From: Ranitomeya imitator
Taxonomy: Eukaryota
Assembly: GCF_032444005.1 (NCBI RefSeq)
Contig: NC_091282.1
Location: 353,958,001 to 354,022,000, forward strand
Reading direction: 5' to 3'
Length of the DNA stretch: 64,000 bases
The notes under the pieces were generated by a model that saw nothing but the letters and a program-made list of their open reading frames with translations, did not search any database and had not been told where the DNA came from. Position 1 is the first letter of the stretch. Each line of letters begins with the position of its first letter. Of this stretch, positions 60,346 to 64,000 are shown in pieces. The position numbers and the translations under genes are program-made.

Positions 60346-61630
60346 CCGTATATACTCGAGTATAAGCCGACCCGAGTATAAGCCGACCCCCCTAATTTTG
60401 CCACAAAAAACTGGGAAAACTTATTGACTCGAGTATAAGCCTAGGGTGGAAATGCAGCATTTACCGCTGAATTTCAAAAATAAAAATAGATCATTATTTC
60501 CCCATAGCTGTGCCATATAGTGCTCTGCACCGTTCATATTGCCCCATATCTGTGCCCCATATAGTGCTCTGCACCGTTCATATTGCCCCATATCTGTGCC
60601 CCATACAGTGCTCTGCACCGTTCATATTGCCCTATAGATGCTGCACAGATGCCCCATATAGTGCTCTGCAGCGTTCATTGTGCCCCATAGATGCTGCACA
60701 GATGCCCCATATAGTGCTCTGCAGCGTTCATTGTGCCCCATAGATGCTGCACAGATGCCCCATATAGTGCTCTGCAGCGTTCATTGTGCCCCATAGATGC
60801 TGCACAGATGCCCCATATAGTGCTCTGCAACGTTCATTGTGCCCCATAGATGCTGCACAGATGCCCCATACAGTGCTCTGCAGCGTTCATTGTGCCCCAT
60901 AGATGCCCCATATAGTGCTCTGCAGCGTTCATTGTGCCCCATAGATGCTGCACAGATGCCCCATATAGTGCTCTGCAGCGTTCATTGTGCCCCATAGATG
61001 CTGCACAGATGCCCCATATAGTGCTCTGCAGCGTTCATTGTGCCCCATAGATGCTGCACATAAATCTGTGCCATGGTCGCTGCTGCTGCAATAAAAAAAA
61101 AAAAAAAAGCCATACTCACCTCTCTTGATTGCAGCTCACAGCGTCTCGTTCCGGCGTCTCCCCGCTCTGACAGTCAGAGCGCAGACGCCGGGAAGATGGA
61201 GCGACGCCCGGCGGCTGGAACGTGGACAGGTAAATATAACATACTCACCTAGTCCTAGCGATCCTCGCGCTGTCCCTGCCTTCCTCCCCGTCTTCTGTGC
61301 TGCAGCCTCTTCCTGTCAGCGGTCACCGGCACCGCTGATTAGAGAAATGAATAGGCGGCTCCACCCCTATGGGAGGTGGAGCCGCCTATTCATTTCTGTA
61401 ATGAGCGGTCCCACGTGACCGCTGAAGAGAGGAAGAAGCTGCAGCACAGAAGACGGGGAGGAAGGCAGGGACAGCGCGAGGATCGCTGGGACTAGGTAAG
61501 TATACCTCAGCGCCCTCACCCCCTCACCCGCCGACCGCATCGCTACCGTGACTCGAGTATAAGCCGAGAGGGGCACTTTCAGCCCAAAAATTTGGGCTGA
61601 AAATCTCGGCTTATACTCGAGTATATACGG
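60346..61630. mobile_element. Tigger/pogo-like MITE (1285 bp) with internal 53-bp minisatellite (60510-61075)
   Basis: TA|ccgtatatactcgagtataagccga ... tcggcttatactcgagtatatacgg|TA. Confidence 0.88.
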
Positions 61631-62314
61631 TATATAGTTTTTTTTTAATGTTTTAGTGCTTTTACACAATAAAAAACATTTTATAGAAAAATAATATATT
61701 TGTGCCTCGCTTTATTCTGAGAGCTATAACATTTTTTCCATTGACGGAGTTGTATGGCGGCTTGTTTGAGGGACAAGATGAAGTTTTCAGAGATACCATT
61801 TTTATGACCTCCGTTTTATTCCACTTTTTGTTTGGCGTCATGATAAAGCATAGTTTTTTATTTTTTATGGTGCTTACTGGAGGGGTTAACTAGAGGGACA
61901 GTTTTATAACTAGTGGCAATCCACATTTGGTACTTTTTTTTTTTTTAAACATAAATTAGATTAATATTTTTCCTTTTTAGTTCTTTATTTTGTGATTTTT
62001 TAAAACTATTTTTTTTACATTGTTCCAGGATGGGACGTCAACTTCATACTGACAAATTGCTAATCTAGTACTGTGCAATGCTTCTGCATTGCAGAGCATT
62101 AGAGCAGAGTCTGACATGCAGGGAGGTGGTGTGTCAGTGCGTACTCAGAGCTTGGGTGACCCTGCAGCCATCTTTCGGCCCGGGGTCACCAAGGAGACCA
62201 TCAGCATAATGTGATCGTATCACATTGTGCCGATGGGAGCACAGAGGGAGCTCTGCAGTCATCACAGTGATTAAATGCCATTGTGGGCGTCGCTAAGATT
62301 TGCGGGAACGCAGC

Positions 62315-62360
<46 letters not shown>
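62315..62360. repeat. (TA)n microsatellite
   Basis: Directly visible. Confidence 0.95.
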
Positions 62361-62364
<4 letters not shown>

Positions 62365-64000
62365 ATCACATCACATGTCGAGAAGGTGTTAAAATCTGTG
62401 TGTGTTAACTCCTATTTTGTTTCTATATGGTGAAACACATGACGTATTAGAGTCCACTGAGCGTAAACGGCTATCCTTTGTCCGTTTTAAGGATTAAAAA
62501 TAAAAAAAACTAAAAAGTTGAGTGTGTATTCTGCATTTAGGGACTTAAAGGGAACCCGTTACATGACATAGGTAGTCCAAACCATGGTAAAAATCAAAAT
62601 AAATGAACTGGAATATAAGTTGGTATGCATGCAACGTGTAGGCGCATGATCACACTGGCCAGTATACAAAGAAAACGTAGGAAATAAACAAAATGAGCGA
62701 ATACCCTGAAGTATATGAGGTAAATGTGCATGAAATTAACATTGAGGGTACTTTGTTAAAAAAAAGGTTTTAAAGTAAAAAAAAAAAAAAAAAAAAAAAA
62801 AGCTTGACATTACACTTATATAGCGCCCCATGGCTATGTGTCCAGTGGTTGGGGCCTCTGTCCTGATGAGCCCTTATTTACGCCATTGACTTATGGTAAG
62901 GTTTTTATACTAGAGGTTAGGACCGTCCTGAAGAGGTTCACCTTGACGTGGTGGGATAGCCTTTGTGTTTTGGTTTTTTTTATCAAAAGAAAGTTCACCA
63001 AGTACTCTATATTATTTTCATGCACTATTGCAATTTACTTACTGCAGGGTATTCGCTCATTTTGTTTTCATATTAGGTCCTCCACAAAAAGTGGGCAGCA
63101 TGAATCAGAGTCTGGCTGTGCGATTGCAGACAGGCATGTTTTTCACATAGATTTTAAAGATCTGGCGGTCAACCATAGGGAGAAATGTGCTTAGTAGTCC
63201 AGTATGCTTCCTAGTAGGCTTTTCCCCACTCCGCTCTAAGTGATTAACAAGTCTCTCCCCATCTATACACACAGGAGAGACATGTGAATCAATGGAAGTG
63301 TAGAAAACCGGGGCAGGGCTATGTTTTCTCGGAAGCATTTCAGAAAAAAAAACGTCATGCCTGGCTGCAATCACACAGCCAGGCTCTGATCCACACTGCT
63401 CATGGAATATGCAGCTCCCTTTAATAGAAGCTTTCTGCTTTAGACAATCTCTGCTTATTAGAAGTGTAACCTAAGAAGCAGATAAAAAGATCCCTCAACA
63501 GTGACATCCCAGCACATCCCCCACAGATCATTTGTGGGGGACTTGGCATAAAGGTTCTGCCTACACATCATTTGATTCACATGTTCGTATAAAGAAGGCA
63601 GGTTACTAGCCGATACAAAGGGCTCCATTCAACTTCTGGAATCCCATCACTAGGCTGATACAAAAAGGAATAACTTTGATTTTCTATAAAAGAACAAACA
63701 ACTTAAATCATGCTTCTCTACAGAGATAGGAATCCTGCAAAAACACACAAGACGTAGTCCTATAGAGGGGCATAAGTTGAAGCCTTCCATCAGAGGTAAA
63801 TATTAACCAACACACCCAACATCTGACAAACAAAAGAATATGCAGGTTTTATGTGAACAAAGCTTGAGTTCAGGTTTCCTGCAGCAGTGCCTCCAACAGG
63901 GAACATGAAGCATTACATAGCGCCCATTCAAAGGATTAACTGAGTAACTGCTCTCCAACTTGGATTAAATAAAAAAAAAAAAAAAGTCATCATTCTAAAT

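Larger units (their letters stand above)
56393..62280 (+). mobile_element. Older piggyBac-like non-autonomous element related to 7912-16628, fragmented by insertions; right end not resolved
   Basis: TTAA|cccccttcac start; shares aattctgaccactgtc and the ~370-bp subrepeat sequences (57990-59400). Confidence 0.5.

Noticed and set aside
62860-62950. ctgatgagccc and ctgaagagg motifs resembling hammerhead cores
   Set aside because: No closing helix II or GAAA follows either motif.
63590-63660. Minus-strand acceptor-like site followed by a short open frame (PSDGIPEVEWSPLYR)
   Set aside because: No recognisable PARP2 or other domain similarity and no convincing donor.

Overview
Eukaryotic, TE-saturated vertebrate DNA; the repeat families and PARP2 sequence point to an anuran amphibian (inference). 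The only clear host gene is parp2 on the minus strand. Five coding exons (46460-46510, 29704-29800, 26129-26204, 17336-17438, 6476-6638) splice in frame with GT-AG sites, encode the WGR domain and the start of the regulatory (PRD/HD) domain, and are separated by 3.5-16.7 kb introns; the gene continues beyond both window ends. The introns hold nested mobile elements: four Tc1/mariner copies, a DIRS retroelement (ITRs + ICR), a nearly intact full-length L1 with TSD, an older L1 relic, a 5'-truncated L2, a decayed autonomous PIF/Harbinger, three long piggyBac-like non-autonomous elements (two carrying telomere-like repeats), two Helitron-like elements, many MITEs (hAT, Harbinger, Kolobok/T2, Tigger-like), minisatellites, an apparently exact 1803-bp tandem duplication and two assembly gaps. 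Highlights: (1) an intact 4-exon, 270-codon MADF-BESS gene nested on the same strand inside a parp2 intron, whose exon 2 is phase-compatible with the upstream parp2 exon (possible fusion/exon trap); (2) Penelope-like inserts carrying hammerhead-ribozyme cores, one folded as a 514-bp palindrome. Everything was read by eye; coordinates of old or degenerate elements are approximate.
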